From contig NW_026782443.1 in assembly GCF_031769215.1 (NCBI RefSeq), positions 620,001 through 684,000 on the forward strand: 64,000 bases of DNA, read 5' to 3'. Positions 48,401-59,540 of the stretch are shown here, piece by piece. Numbering within the stretch: position 1 is the first letter of the stretch; every line of letters starts with the position of its first letter. A program made the translations under genes and the position numbers. The notes below the pieces were generated by a model that saw only the letters and a program-made list of their open reading frames with translations, had not been told where the DNA came from and did not search any database. This stretch comes from Ylistrum balloti. Taxonomy: Eukaryota.

Positions 48401-50322
48401 GTTCGACAGAAAAACTTACAACAACAAAACGTTCGACCGAAAAACGTACAAAAACAAAACGTACAAAAACAAAACGTACAAAAACAAAATGTTTGACAGC
48501 AAAACATACAAAAACAAAATGTTCGACAGAAAAACATACAACAACAAAACGTTCGACAAAAAAACGTACAAAAACAAAATGTACAACAACAAAATGTTCG
48601 ACAGAAAAACGTACAACAACAAAACGTTCGACCGAAAAACGTACAAAAACAAAACGTACAAAAACCAAAAACAAAGCGTACAAAAACAAAACGTACAAAA
48701 ACAAAATGTTCGACAGAAAAACATACCACAACAAAACGTTCCACAGAAAAACATACAAAAACAAAACGTACAACAACAAAATGTACCACAATGAAATGTA
48801 TGACAGCAAAACATTCCACAGTACAAGAGGCCAAATGGGCCTGCAGCAATCACCTGGTATATATATCACCCAAATATCATGCCTCTAGGCCTTTTAGTTC
48901 ATGAGAAAAAGTTGTTTAAATATTTTAACAAATTTGACCACTGTGACCTGGAATATAAGTCAAGGTCATTTCTTTTCACAAACTATATCAAGCTTCATCT
49001 GAGGAAAATACCATCCAAATATCAAAATATTTTGTCCATTGGTTATTGAGAAGTTGTTTAAAGAAAAAAGTTGACGTTGGTTAACGGACAACGCACCATG
49101 ACAAAATATTTAAACTTACTTGGCCCTTTGGGCCGGATGAGCAAAAAATGGAGTTTCTTGTCACATGACAGCCATTGTTTATCTAGCTCTATTAGGACCT
49201 TATTTCACACATGGTAAACATTCCTGTAGAGATAATAGATTATTCGTCTATACGTCAGCTTTATAACTATCATATGGAAATAGTACTTCTATCATCATCA
49301 TCTTGAAACTCTCTCTACTTACCTGTTTTCTTAACTTCCTCCAATGCTGCGATAAGATCAGCTCTGATATCCGGGTTCTCATTGGCGATTTCCTGTCCCT
49401 TGGCTATGAAGTTTTCTGTAGCTCTCTGTACAGCAGCACTGAGGATGTGCGCTTTCTTGGATCGTCCCTTCTTTTTATTGGATGGGCTTTTTTGATTCAC
49501 CAATGTTGTCACCTGTAAAATGACCAGTTGGTATTTCGTCTTTATGTTGCATTTTTTGGGGTCAGTCATGATCAATATGAGCAAAACAACAAGCAATCAT
49601 CCTTCACTCATAATTCTAACCAAGTTGGAAATATTTCCAATAGAAATTCAACAAATAATGCTCAAAAATCTAGTTTTCCTACATAAACTATAGTAAACTT
49701 TAACCCCTCCGCATGGGGAAATGTGAGACCCTTGGACCATGAAATTCACAAGTTTGGTAAAGCACCTTAAGATGCTCTTATTCATGAAGGGTGTTTGATT
49801 ATACCATATCTGGGTCTTGAGACTAAGATTTTTGAAATCTGAGTCAATTTTATCTGTTTTGGCCCCACTCCACAGGGGCTTGAGGGACAGGGCCAAAATG
49901 GATCAAATTGACACAGATTTCAAAAATCTTAATCTCAAGACCCAGATATGGTAGAATCAAATACTCTTCATGTATAATTCGCAATTTTGGTTCATCCTAG
50001 GCAAGAGAAGGTTTCTGCAAACTTTTATTGAAATTGGATCAGGGGTTTTTGAGGAGAAGTGGAAAATATTCAATTGTTTGTGGATGCACAATGCTGGATA
50101 AAGGTGATTGCAATTGACTTTGGAAAAAAAAGGAAATTTCTATCATTAGCAAACTCAAATAATAATTAAACATTCAATTGTTATTCATGTGTGCACCAAT
50201 CTTACCTGTGTGACCAAGGGCTCCAGTGTTTTTTCTACTGATTTGGTACGAATCTCCAAATTTTTGGGATCCCATTTAATCTGTAGGGTCCCCAAACCAT
50301 TGGGGCTTAGGGTACTCATCAT
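30287..50322 (-). CDS. CTNNA: alpha-catenin, complete, 905 aa: complement(join(50206-50322,49323-49512,47871-48037,47495-47614,46452-46541,45268-45441,44901-45104,40755-40835,39993-40145,39520-39612,39129-39285,38552-38752,38127-38278,37340-37409,35871-36093,35188-35293,33146-33280,32044-32136,30983-31003,30287-30457))
   Basis: 20 GT-AG exons sum to 2718 nt in one frame; near-identity to alpha-catenin motifs (KWDPKNLEIRT, SLEERLESIISGAALMAD, KWDDSGNDII, LDSATSLIQAAKNLMNAV, WKMKAPEKKPLV). Confidence 0.97.
30983..31003 (-). CDS. CTNNA: alpha-catenin 21-nt microexon (YKMAGSK)
   Basis: cttttcag acceptor, AAG|gtgagt donor, phase 0-0; aligns with YQK.. after ASTK in vertebrate orthologues. Confidence 0.8.
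31213..31741. mobile_element. hAT-like MITE in an alpha-catenin intron
   Basis: 14-bp TIR CAGGG(C/T)TAGAAAAA at both ends; no recognisable 8-bp TSD. Confidence 0.6.
32044..32136 (-). CDS. CTNNA: alpha-catenin exon (LDSATSL...VASTK)
   Basis: tttcag / gtaaga. Confidence 0.96.
32285..32750. repeat. 74-bp tandem repeat, ~6 copies
   Basis: GCACCCGACT recurs every 74 bp. Confidence 0.95.
33038..33160 (-). repeat. ~26-bp repeat x5 made of the exon end plus donor
   Basis: Minus-strand unit CATTGTATCTGGG|GTAAGTCCGGTGT; first copy is the real exon end. Confidence 0.9.
33146..33280 (-). CDS. CTNNA: alpha-catenin exon (CPDSASKKDLL...GELIVSG)
   Basis: aatag / gtaagt. Confidence 0.96.
33838..34475. mobile_element. 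Helentron-type element; same family as 43007-43515
   Basis: AAGAGGCCCATGGGCC end; shared AAACATACCC(G)AAAAATAACAACACTTGGTCAAGACCATCTCAGG monomers. Confidence 0.7.
35188..35293 (-). CDS. CTNNA: alpha-catenin exon (GRGPLKST...SIADQ)
   Basis: ttacag / gtaggt. Confidence 0.96.
35480..35840. repeat. ~17-bp degenerate minisatellite
   Basis: AACTCAACATCTGCTGT units. Confidence 0.85.
35871..36093 (-). CDS. CTNNA: alpha-catenin exon (SYKTEQDD...MEMTDFT)
   Basis: ttgtag / gtaggt. Confidence 0.96.
36750..37020. mobile_element. Helentron-type element fragment
   Basis: ACAAGAGGCCCACTAGGCC end. Confidence 0.5.
37340..37409 (-). CDS. CTNNA: alpha-catenin exon (acidic linker NPEDIETDTE...SISR)
   Basis: ttgtag / gtgagt; phases fit. 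Confidence 0.92.
38127..38278 (-). CDS. CTNNA: alpha-catenin exon (VMPNFAEK...AVLMNR)
   Basis: catag / gtacgt. Confidence 0.96.
38552..38752 (-). CDS. CTNNA: alpha-catenin exon (ESHILEDVNKC...MLRDQ)
   Basis: ttacag / gtcagt. Confidence 0.96.
39129..39285 (-). CDS. CTNNA: alpha-catenin exon (VINAARIL...DDFLAVS)
   Basis: taaag / gtatgt. Confidence 0.96.
39520..39612 (-). CDS. CTNNA: alpha-catenin exon (VARLACS...SLCPQ)
   Basis: tctag / gtgaga. Confidence 0.96.
39993..40145 (-). CDS. CTNNA: alpha-catenin exon (LRKAVVDHVSDSF...NKLVE)
   Basis: caatag / gtatag. Confidence 0.96.
40377..40572. repeat. 36-bp tandem repeat, ~5 copies
   Basis: ATAACATACATCCTTAAGT core. Confidence 0.9.
40755..40835 (-). 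CDS. CTNNA: alpha-catenin exon (TGRSEPSE...DLRRQ)
   Basis: ttttag / gtaaga. Confidence 0.94.
43007..43515. mobile_element. Helentron-type element
   Basis: Homologous to 33838-34475; ends with GGTCATCATGACC hairpin and A-run. Confidence 0.7.
44735..44880. repeat. 21-bp tandem repeat, ~7 copies
   Basis: GAATTGGTATCTAGGG(C/T)GAGA units. Confidence 0.9.
44901..45104 (-). CDS. CTNNA: alpha-catenin exon (QKIIMDP...LSEYMNN)
   Basis: tttcag / gtgagt. Confidence 0.96.
45268..45441 (-). CDS. CTNNA: alpha-catenin exon (AYIRHPEL...GELAAALDELM)
   Basis: gatag / gtacga. Confidence 0.9.
45470..46335. mobile_element. Helentron-type element; same family as 49586-50120
   Basis: Shared CATCCTTCACTCATAATTCTAACCAAGT... 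body; terminal GGTCACC...GGTGACC hairpin. Confidence 0.65.
46452..46541 (-). CDS. CTNNA: alpha-catenin exon (DLKDPRRRDEIAAAR...TASK)
   Basis: tttgtag / gtaatg. Confidence 0.95.
47495..47614 (-). CDS. CTNNA: alpha-catenin exon (VEGDLDR...AQQRQN)
   Basis: tgtag / gtaagt. Confidence 0.95.
47871..48037 (-). CDS. CTNNA: alpha-catenin exon (EEMRDAS...MKSLRL)
   Basis: ttgcag / gtaagt. Confidence 0.96.
48318..48820. repeat. 15-bp compound minisatellite
   Basis: AAAACGTACAAAAAC / AAAATGTTCGACAGA / AAAACGTACAACAAC variants. Confidence 0.95.
48825..49145. mobile_element. Helentron-type element related to 24119-24930
   Basis: ACAAGAGGCC end; one TGACC...CAAGGTCATTTCTTTTC monomer; terminal GGCCCTTTGGGCC hairpin. 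Confidence 0.7.
49323..49512 (-). CDS. CTNNA: alpha-catenin exon (VTTLVNQK...EVKKT)
   Basis: ttacag / gtaagt. Confidence 0.96.
49586..50120. mobile_element. Partial Helentron-type copy containing an ~83-bp-arm hairpin
   Basis: Homologous to 45900-46300; inverted arms 49783-49865 and 49890-49972. Confidence 0.7.
50206..50322 (-). CDS. CTNNA: alpha-catenin coding exon 1 (MMSTLSP...LEPLVTQ); exon starts at 50339 with 5' UTR
   Basis: gacag acceptor, gtaag donor. Confidence 0.93.
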
Positions 50323-51567
50323 TCAACTATAATCCCAACCTGTCAATCAAACAAAATCAACAATATCAAATTATATAAGTTCAACACTCAGGAAAATATA
50401 CATGGATATAACTAGTAGGGCACTTTTCAATGTAACAAGTTAAAATAAGCTTCTCATTTTCAAAAAAGCCAACCACTTAGTACGGAATACTATGTTTACA
50501 TGTACATCCCATTATTGAAATCAGTTCTTGTTGGCATGACATCAGTGAGATAATGCAAAGTTACAGGAAGAATTGTGGAAACAACCGTAAGTCAGTTACA
50601 TGCCCATATTACATCTCTTAGTAATGGAACTCATCAAATTTTTGGAATTGGTGTTTTAGACTTGCCTAAAATAAAACCCACAAAAATCAATGCTACTTTG
50701 TCGCTTTTTTCAAATACAGATCAAAAATAAAGAAATGTCATTTGATTTTAGCATTTAACATGATTTACGCTGATCATGAATTGGCTAATATCAGACTGAC
50801 CAAACAAAATCAGGCTAGTTGGCTACATTGAATTTTCTATCACATCATATTTGTGTTACAACCCTGTATCATTATTACAGTACTTGTCTCCTTATAATCA
50901 AGGGACTTAGTAAGTTCTTGTAACAATAACATAAAATTCACTTTCAGTATGTTTACACTTAAAGATCAGCAACAATTACATTCACATTTAAAATCTAGAC
51001 AGTCAATATTGATTTAAACTGTCAGAAGCACCATATTTTATTTCAAAACATTTTTCCCAAAAATATTAGTGGTCAGTGCAAACAGATAGCCCCCATTAAA
51101 AGACAAATGGAAACGAACACAAAATTTGATAAACCAGAGCTTGTGATAAAGATGGTTCATATTATATCACACTTGATAGGGGGTGATGCAGAATTACTAG
51201 GGTTCTAGGCTGCCGCTGGTAATTCAGTAATAACCTGGCCTAAGGTCTTCGTGCATTTATTAAACAGGTTGTTGATAAAAACAAGAAATGGTTATCAGTT
51301 TTCCGAATCCATATGTACTATAATGTTAACGAGGAAAGTGGTGAAACCATCAAATCAAAATGACGGGGCCCAGAGTGACCCCTCCCTCAAAACCGATGAA
51401 TTAAAAAGACTGTCGTTATCTACTTCTCAAGCACCGGTTGACCAATCGGGTGATATCTTCGTCTTACACCTGCTCCCAAATCGTCTTATTAACACACGAC
51501 ATTTATGCTGTGTATTGTTGATGTACCAAATCTAACTTCAATCCGTAAAAATACCTTATTAATTTAC

Positions 51568-51640
51568 CTTTCTCCCTGTTAAGAGTTCCACGGAAGTCGA
51601 CCATTCAATACCAAAACAGTGACTAACCCTACTTCCGCTT
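51568..51640 (-). promoter_or_regulatory. CTNNA: Putative alpha-catenin core promoter and non-coding exon 1
   Basis: ETS-type GCGGAAGT (51631-51638), TTAGTC initiator-like motif near 51624, AAG|gtaaat donor at 51567. Confidence 0.5.
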
Positions 51641-52722
51641 TTCTAAAATGCACGCAATATTGGTCAAAATTTGATATTACTTACACATTTGAAGTTTTTT
51701 CTTGAATTTGTTTTGAAAATTTATTATTAATTTATTCAAAGATTTGATTAATATACGTTGACTTAATTTTTATTTAGCTGAGATGTATAAGTTTATAAAC
51801 AGATCGTCTTATTACACCATGCGACTGGATGTATAGAACAGCCTTTGGAATGTGGTGACTGTTACAAATGCTTCAGGGGGCGCAACTCCTACTGACCTGC
51901 GGGTAGATAGTATCTGCTTTGTGTTAAATCATATGATAGATTACTCTAGCATGTTTCGTCTTGATTTTGTAACTGTGCTATTTCAAATGAAATTTGAAAT
52001 GAAGATTTTAAAAAAAAAATCATCATTTAACTACAATATCTGATTTAATAGATTATGTATCCCCTACAGTCAATATAGGATATTTTTTATGACTATATAA
52101 TTTAAAGAAATTAAAATTTTCGCAAACCTTAGTGAATTAAAAGTTCGAGTTTCAGACTTGACGTTCATAATGTGTGTTTATTTATTAATTCGTTTGATTT
52201 ACAGGGTGGCAGTATGATATAATAATAAACAATTATAAACAAGTTTTGAGAGAAAGGGAGACAGAGGAGGTGTATAACACGTTACTATATTTAGAATACT
52301 TTGTATATAATGAATAAATAAAAAGGTTAAGGTATCCATTAAGTCGACGAAACAACATTATTCGTTGCTTGTTTCTAGTGCACTGAAAGTGTCATATTTT
52401 GTGTTTAATCAGTTATTTTAGTTTTGAGGTACATCATTCTGTGGCCATTTTCCCGGTTTGTTTGTTTATTTTATTTTGTCTTCTGTAGTGTTTGTTTGTT
52501 GTTTGTTTTTACATCTTTTAGTATTTTATCCCAGTTCTTTTAGTGTTGTGGTACAGTTTATGTGTGTATTTTATTCAAGTTCGCCTGGCCCGAAGGTTTC
52601 GTCTGTCTATCTGTCTGTCGGTATACATGCTTACGTGTTTAGTATGTCGAGTTGTGTTTGATTTGAATCTAATTTGTGTGAATATCCTAATATACCGTAA
52701 ATTACAATGTGTTTTTAACATT

Positions 52723-52896
52723 NNNNNNNNNNNNNNNNNNNNNNNNNNNNNNNNNNNNNNNNNNNNNNNNNNNNNNNNNNNNNNNNNNNNNNNNNNNNNN
52801 NNNNNNNNNNNNNNNNNNNNNNNNNNNNNNNNNNNNNNNNNNNNNNNNNNNNNNNNNNNNNNNNNNNNNNNNNNNNNNNNNNNNNNNNNNNNNNNN
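52723..52896. other. Assembly gap (174 N)
   Basis: N run. Confidence 1.
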
Positions 52897-53237
52897 GGTT
52901 TAATATAAGATATGAAGGTAGTTATTAAAACTGCAGTTATTTATGTTCCAATCACTCGCAGATTAAAAAAGTAACCTCTCTGCTCATTGTTATTCACTTT
53001 TTTATAATATGTAGTATCTGATCTAGGATAGACCGGAATTATCGGGTAAAATCTGATTTGCATATCTAAATGACTCATTAAAATATGTTGTACAATTTAG
53101 ACATAGTGACGTTTAAATGTTCCATTTTGAGACAAAGACACTACCACCGTCCTCCCTTAGGTGTATTTCTCGTATTGTTTTCCTGAGGTCGTGTGTGTTG
53201 GTGTGACTCATTCCCGGAACACCAACTCTGCCAACTT

Positions 53238-54724
53238 TTTATTATTATTATTAAGAGATTAGCGTCCTCTATTATGGCCTTTCGGCCTTTCAGAGGACGA
53301 GAAAAGATAGGAGTGAGTAGAAAGGGTACAGTTTGTAGAAGACTGGAAGGGAAAGGGAGGTAGAGAGGGGGGAGTCGCCTGTACCTAACTCCTAACTTAG
53401 CGTCGCGTAACTATAAATTTGAAAGGCGACTTGGGGGGGCCTAAAAAGTCATTAACCGATGGTGCGACCTATGGTCTGCTTCCGGTGATCCGGTTATCTT
53501 CGCTGTGCGTTCCGTCTGGATTTGGAGAGGAGGTGGGGATGATAAGGGAATTATTTGGGGGATCCTTTTATGGCCTATGTTATTAATCCAAATATTGTGT
53601 CACCTCTAGATAGGGGTGATTGACTTAATGAGCCAATCCTGAGGGTCTTACGACTGCCCGGAGGCGCTGGCCCTGGGGATTTATTTAGATATAAAATGTT
53701 TGAGGAACATGTTTAATTGAGGTGCACTTCTAATTTTTAATTCTGATGCTATCCTATTTAGTTTTATGGTCTTAATTAAATCATCAAGGTTATATAGTAG
53801 TTTCTAGCCTATACTGGTACCTGTGCTAGCCTTGATGATATGTTACTGAAAAAGTTGTGCATAGCGCACTTAATCTGGTGAATTCCTATTCTACACGCGT
53901 TGATTCCGCGGGAATCAAAAAAATAAAAATATAATTTGGAAGGTCTGTCCAAAAATGACATTATCCCTAACTTAATCTTACCTACTAGTCTAGCTAGAGC
54001 CCCTGGACCGGCTTGCAATAAGCCTTCTCTTTTACGAAAAGTTCAGGGGGATCTTTAGCGTGCAAAGGTGGCCCCTCCTTCACACGGGACCCGACATTTT
54101 TAAGTCCCATCCGACGGACTGTATATTAGTGTTAGTAATTAGTGCAGGTGCAATTTATTTTTGTTGTCCAATCATATCTCTTGACTTGTGCTTCCTCCTT
54201 CCGATGCTCTTTCAATTCTACACAAATGTCCTCGTTCACAATATACCACTCCAAGCCATCAACTATTGTTCCACTCGACATTTTTAATTTTTATAGTGAA
54301 AGTGCTTGTTAATGGTTATGATAGGGGCGGTAAGGAGGTCCTAGAGTAAATGTGCTGGGGTTTACCTATATTGGGCGAGTGGTCTTCCATTCGTTCTATA
54401 TTACGTTCTTTATGTATCTAGAGGGATGATGGGTGGGATGGGAGCGAGGCTAGTCTTTTATTTTTATACTGAATTTTGTTCTGAGTAGTATGTGTTTTAT
54501 TAATTTAGTTAGATTTAATTCAATAGCACCGCCGGAACCGGAAGCACTACAGGAGCCACGTCGGGTGGCCGGACTCCCCGCCTGAGACCAGAACAAAGAC
54601 GTTGTAGTACTCCCTTTTCCAGTGGGTACTATATTATTGAAATCACATAGATTTAAAAAGGGGGTAAATTCTGTTTTGTGTGGTTGTATGGTCGGGTTCT
54701 GCGGTTTTGTATATTTACGTTATA
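53238..54724 (-). mobile_element. Non-LTR retroelement insertion, 1.49 kb
   Basis: 11-bp TSD TCTGCCAACTT (53227-53237 and 54725-54735); (TAA)n tail; 3' stem-loop at 53263-53299. Confidence 0.8.
53995..54122 (-). mobile_element. V/Meta-type SINE core-like segment
   Basis: GTCCGTCGGATGGGACTTAAAAATGTCGGGTCCCGTGT...AAAGATCCC resembles the recalled V/Meta-SINE domain; no tRNA head visible. Confidence 0.5.
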
Positions 54725-55250
54725 TCTGCCAACTTGAAAGGAAGGTGTTTATATAGGGAATCCTTTGAAGCTTAAGTTATAGTCTGTTTCAACTAAGAAT
54801 GGCAACTTATTTTGTAATTAGGATACTATCAATAATGAAATAGATACAGTTTCTATTTGTCTTAATTAATTGTAAAACAATTTTTATCACATAAAAGTAT
54901 TATAAAATAGTTATTTAATATTAATATTTGATATTATTATTCATTATTTAATGTTTATCATGTAAGATTATGTTTAATTAATAAATAAAATTAATTATGT
55001 CACATTGATATACTGGAGTCAGCAATTAGATTGAATTTATATTCATATATGTAATAGTGAATCAATATGCGCATTTTAGCACTAAAATACACTATAATTT
55101 AAAATAAACAGTAAACCCCTAAATGGAGCTGAATTAGCACTGACTCGTTTATCTATGACAATACATTATCCTCTTTATCTAGATATACTGTCCTTTTGCA
55201 ACCTTTGATGGTCAAGTACTAGATAAGTCTCTACTAGAAAACACAAAACA

Positions 55251-55561
55251 CTATCCAAGATGGAGAAGCTCGAGTGCTGAATCAGCGTAGGTCATCAGGT
55301 CGATCGTCTCAGTCTGATAACGGTCCTTCAAGGTGACCAGGCATCTGTTGGCGTATTTCTTCTTCCATTCCTGTTCTATATGTCCTTAAGCGTCTGGATG
55401 CTGGTGTAGATGTTGGGGTGGGCATGAAATACCTTCTTCAGTCTCCAGAATGTCCTGTTGCCGTTCTTTCGAATCTGTCTGTAGATGAATCCATTATGCG
55501 AAAGGTTCTGTCCGCCTTTTCTGTTGGAGATGAACTTAAGGTTGATCTGAGTGTTAGCCAT
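55251..55561 (-). pseudogene. MULE transposase deletion derivative (FLYWCH start fused to C-terminus)
   Basis: LKFISNRKGGQNLSHNGFIYR...TFWR joined in frame to LKKVFHAHPNIY, then frameshifted WKKKY...LMTYADSALELLHLG*. Confidence 0.7.
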
Positions 55562-57559
55562 CCTGTACTTGTATCAAACCACACAGATAATAATATCACT
55601 CAAATTAAACACACCTTACACTAAGCTGAAAAAGTACTAGATTAACTAACATATTTGTGACAAAAGTTAAATGATAGACCAAGCAATGAGAAATAGATGC
55701 TTCAAAGTGCAGATTGGAATATTACCTGTACAACAGTTCTGCACCAGACTATAACTCACTATCATCACAACTGGCCTATGTAAACATGTTGTCAGAGGCA
55801 GTCATTAGCATACACGGTGCTGTTCCGATTAAAATTCAATGCAACGGATAAAAGCAATCCATTGATAGGTGTTCTAGTTTTTTTTTTAAAAAAAAACCCA
55901 ACAAAGTAGCAGTATTTCCGCAAAGCAAGTAAAAGGAAAAACAAAGCTGAAACATTCTTGAAAATTAATAGCAAGAAGTTGAACAGATACGGAAACCGAA
56001 TTTGATTATCGGGTATGGGATTTTGGTAAGTTGGTTTTTTTTTTTCTGTTTCCAAGGGTATGACCATTTTGTAAGTGAGTTTATCTGTTTCCAAGGGTAT
56101 GGACATTTGGTAAGTGAGTTTATCTGTTTACAAGTGTATGGACATTTGGTAAGTGAGTTTATCTGTTTCCAAAAGCAATAACATTTGGTAATTGAGTTTA
56201 TCTGTTTCCATGGGTATGAACATTTTGTCGTTTTTACCAAATTGTGACATTACATGAAGTTCTATAGTAAGTATGTGACTACAATATCATGGTCTCTTTC
56301 CCCTCCCCCTCCTCCTCCTCTCCTTCCTTCCCTCTTCCTGCCTACACCCCATCTCCCCCTCCTCATTCCCCTTGCCTTCAACCTCCTTTTCCTTACCCGC
56401 TCCTCCTCCCCACCCTCCTCCTCCCCCACCTCCTCGTCACCAGCGGTTATTTAATATCAGTTGATAAATTGGATCCAGTAAATATCACCAGACAATCTAA
56501 TCAAGCAGAATTTCATCATTTGTCTTAAATACGATTATTATAGAAATAAACGAAGCCATGTGATATCATTCCTTCAATCAAAATGAAAAATATGTTTGTT
56601 TTGTTTTATATTCTTCTTCATGCCCTAATAAATATGTTTTGATTTGAAATGTATTGGTCACCTTGCGGTAATGAGATGGTATCTGTTTAAATAGTGTTTT
56701 TCTAATTGACCCATTAAATCTTTTTATGCATGCTTTAACACAAAGTTTGGGCACCTGCCAGTTATATACACAAACATATTACGATAACATCATATCTGTT
56801 ATCGGGGTTAAGTATTAATCTAAATTTAATATAAATGACTAATTATAGTATCATTAAATTGTAAATATTTCATCGGCCATTCATAGATTTTTACAAAAAT
56901 ACTGACTGCTATATCTGTTGATATAAGATACCAGAACTGAAATACAGACAATTGGAATTCGTTAAAGAATGACGAAAACTATTATATAAATATATAACCA
57001 TGCACGTGAGATGTAGGGGCCTCACTCGTAGAATGGGGATGTCACAATAGTTTTTTTGGGGTAGTGCTTTGGATGGAAATAACGACTGCATTATCATACA
57101 TCTTGATTCAGGATAATGACAGGTACATGGTTCATCGTGCCTAAACAACACGTGTGTAATTATTGTACAATACACTACACTTGGGGTTAGTAAACCTGAT
57201 ACTCTATGTCAGGTTTTTGTAATAACTGACACGAAGAATTAATTACAACATTCCATTTAGTTCGGTCACTTGATTCAGAACTGATATTTCCAGTAATGTT
57301 TTCAGCTTTTTGTGTTTTGCATTATATTCTGGAATGTTTTTGCCGATTTTTTCACGCTGATTAAGTGTTGTTGTTCATTAAATGTTTTGACTGAAATCTG
57401 TCCTGAATATCACTGTTATGAACATACGCTTCGATATCTATTCAGACGGTGCAACTGTTATCTGAAATGTTCAACACATTCAGACAACAAAGAAAATAAG
57501 GTTACATAATCTTAATTCGACTTGTATCCCATGGAACTTGGTCCAACTATGACCAGAAG

Positions 57560-57670
57560 AAAGATTTACACCGAGATGTCTAAAAAGTGACAGGATGCAA
57601 GTGTCTTCTTATTCATCGACGACACCCGCCATGTAAACCTTGGTCAATCCACGTAAGTAATGTTACGCTA
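57560..57670 (-). mobile_element. Penelope-associated 3' repeat, copy B (partial)
   Basis: TTCATCGACGACACCCGCCATGTAAACCTTGGTCAAT core. Confidence 0.65.
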
Positions 57671-57714
57671 CCAAATCAGATCAACAACAAAACCACCAGG
57701 CAAACTGACGAACA

Positions 57715-59540
57715 TCCAACCCTTCCATTCTATCACTAACCTAACCTACACCAAACCCGTCCATTCTATCACTAACCTAACCAACACCAAACCCGTCCAT
57801 CCTATCACTAACCTAACCTACACCAAACCCGTCCATTCTATCACTAACCTAACTAACACCAAACCCGTCCATTCTATCACAACCTAACCAAACTCACCCA
57901 TTCTATCACTAACCTAACCAACACCAAACCCGTCCATCCTATCACTAACCTAACCAACACAAAACCCGTCCATTCTATCACTAACCTAACCTACACCAAA
58001 CCCGTCCATTCTATCACTGACCTAACTAACACCAAACCCGTCCATTCTATCACTGACCTAACTAACACCAAACCCGTCCATTCTATCACTGACCTAACTA
58101 ACACCAAACCCGTCCATTCTATCACTGACCTAACTAACACCAAACCCGTCCATTCTATCACTAACCTAACCAACACCAAACCCATCCATTTTATCACTAA
58201 CCTAACTACCACCAAACCCGTCCATCCTATCACTGACCTAACTAACACCAAACCCGTCCATTCTATCACTGACCTAACTAACACCAAACCCGTCCATTCT
58301 ATCACTAACCTAACCAACACCAAACCCGTCCATTCTATCACTAACCTAACCAACACCAAACCCGTCCATCCTATCACTAAACTAACCAACACCAAACCCG
58401 TCCATTCTATCACTAACCTAACCAACACAAAACCCGTCCATTCTATCACTAACCTAACCAACACCAAACCCGTCCATTATATCACTAACCTAACCAACAC
58501 AAAACCCGTCCATTCTATCACTAACCTAACCAACATCAAACCCGTCCATCCTATCACTAACCTAACCAACACCAAACCCGTCCATTCTATCACTAACCTA
58601 ACTAACACCAAACCCGTCCATTCTATCACTAACCTAACCAACACCAAACCCGTCCATCCTATCACTAAACTAACCAACACCAAACCCGTCCATCCTATCA
58701 CTGACCTAACTAACACCAAACCCGTCCATTCTATCACTGACCTAACTAACACCAAACCCGTCCATTCTATCACTAACCTAACCAACACAAAACCCGTCCA
58801 TTCTATCACTAACCTAACCAACACCAAACCCGTCCATCCTATCACTAAACTAACCAACACCAAACCCGTCCATTCTATCACTAACCTAACCTACACCAAA
58901 CCCGTCCATTCTATCACTAACACAACCAACACCAAACCCATCCATTATATCACTAACCTAACCAACACCAAACCCGTCCATCCTATCACTAACCTAACCA
59001 ACATCAAACCCGTCCATCCTATCACTAACCTAACCAACACCAAACCCGTCCATTCTATCACTAACCTAACTAACACCAAACCCGTCCATTCTATCACTAA
59101 CCTAACCAACACCAAACCCGTCCATCCTATCACTAAACTAACCAACACCAAACCCGTCCATTCTATCACTAACCTAACCAACACAAAACCCGTCCATTCT
59201 ATCACTAACCTAACCAACACCAAACCCGTCCATTCTATCACTAACCTAACCAACACCAAACCCGTCCATCCTATCACTAACCTAACCAACACCAAACCCG
59301 TCCATCCTATCACTGACCTAACCAACACCAAACCCGACCATTATATCACTAACCTAACCAACATCAAACCCGTCCACTCTATCACTAACCTAACCAACAC
59401 CAAACCCGTCCATTATATCACTAACCTAACCAACACCAAACCCATCCATTTTATCACTAACCTAACTACCACCAAACCCGTCCATCCTATCACTGACCTA
59501 ACCAACACCAAACCCGACCATTATATCACTAAACTGACCA
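57715..59540. repeat. 36-bp tandem repeat, ~50 copies
   Basis: Unit CATTCTATCACTAACCTAACCAACACCAAACCCGTC. Confidence 0.97.

Noticed and set aside
48198-48888. Lys/Thr-rich and Phe/Cys-rich ORFs
   Set aside because: Translations of an intronic 15-bp array.
53263-53299. Hammerhead ribozyme (CTGA...GAAA)
   Set aside because: The core reads CUGAAAG, not CUGANGA, and GAAA is a tetraloop; better explained as a retroelement 3' stem-loop.
57715-59540. TAACC-containing array as a telomeric remnant linked to a Penelope terminon; LVLVRLVIEWTG ORFs
   Set aside because: Only two TAACC-like units per 36-bp monomer, molluscan telomeres are TTAGGG, and the ORFs are repeat artefacts.
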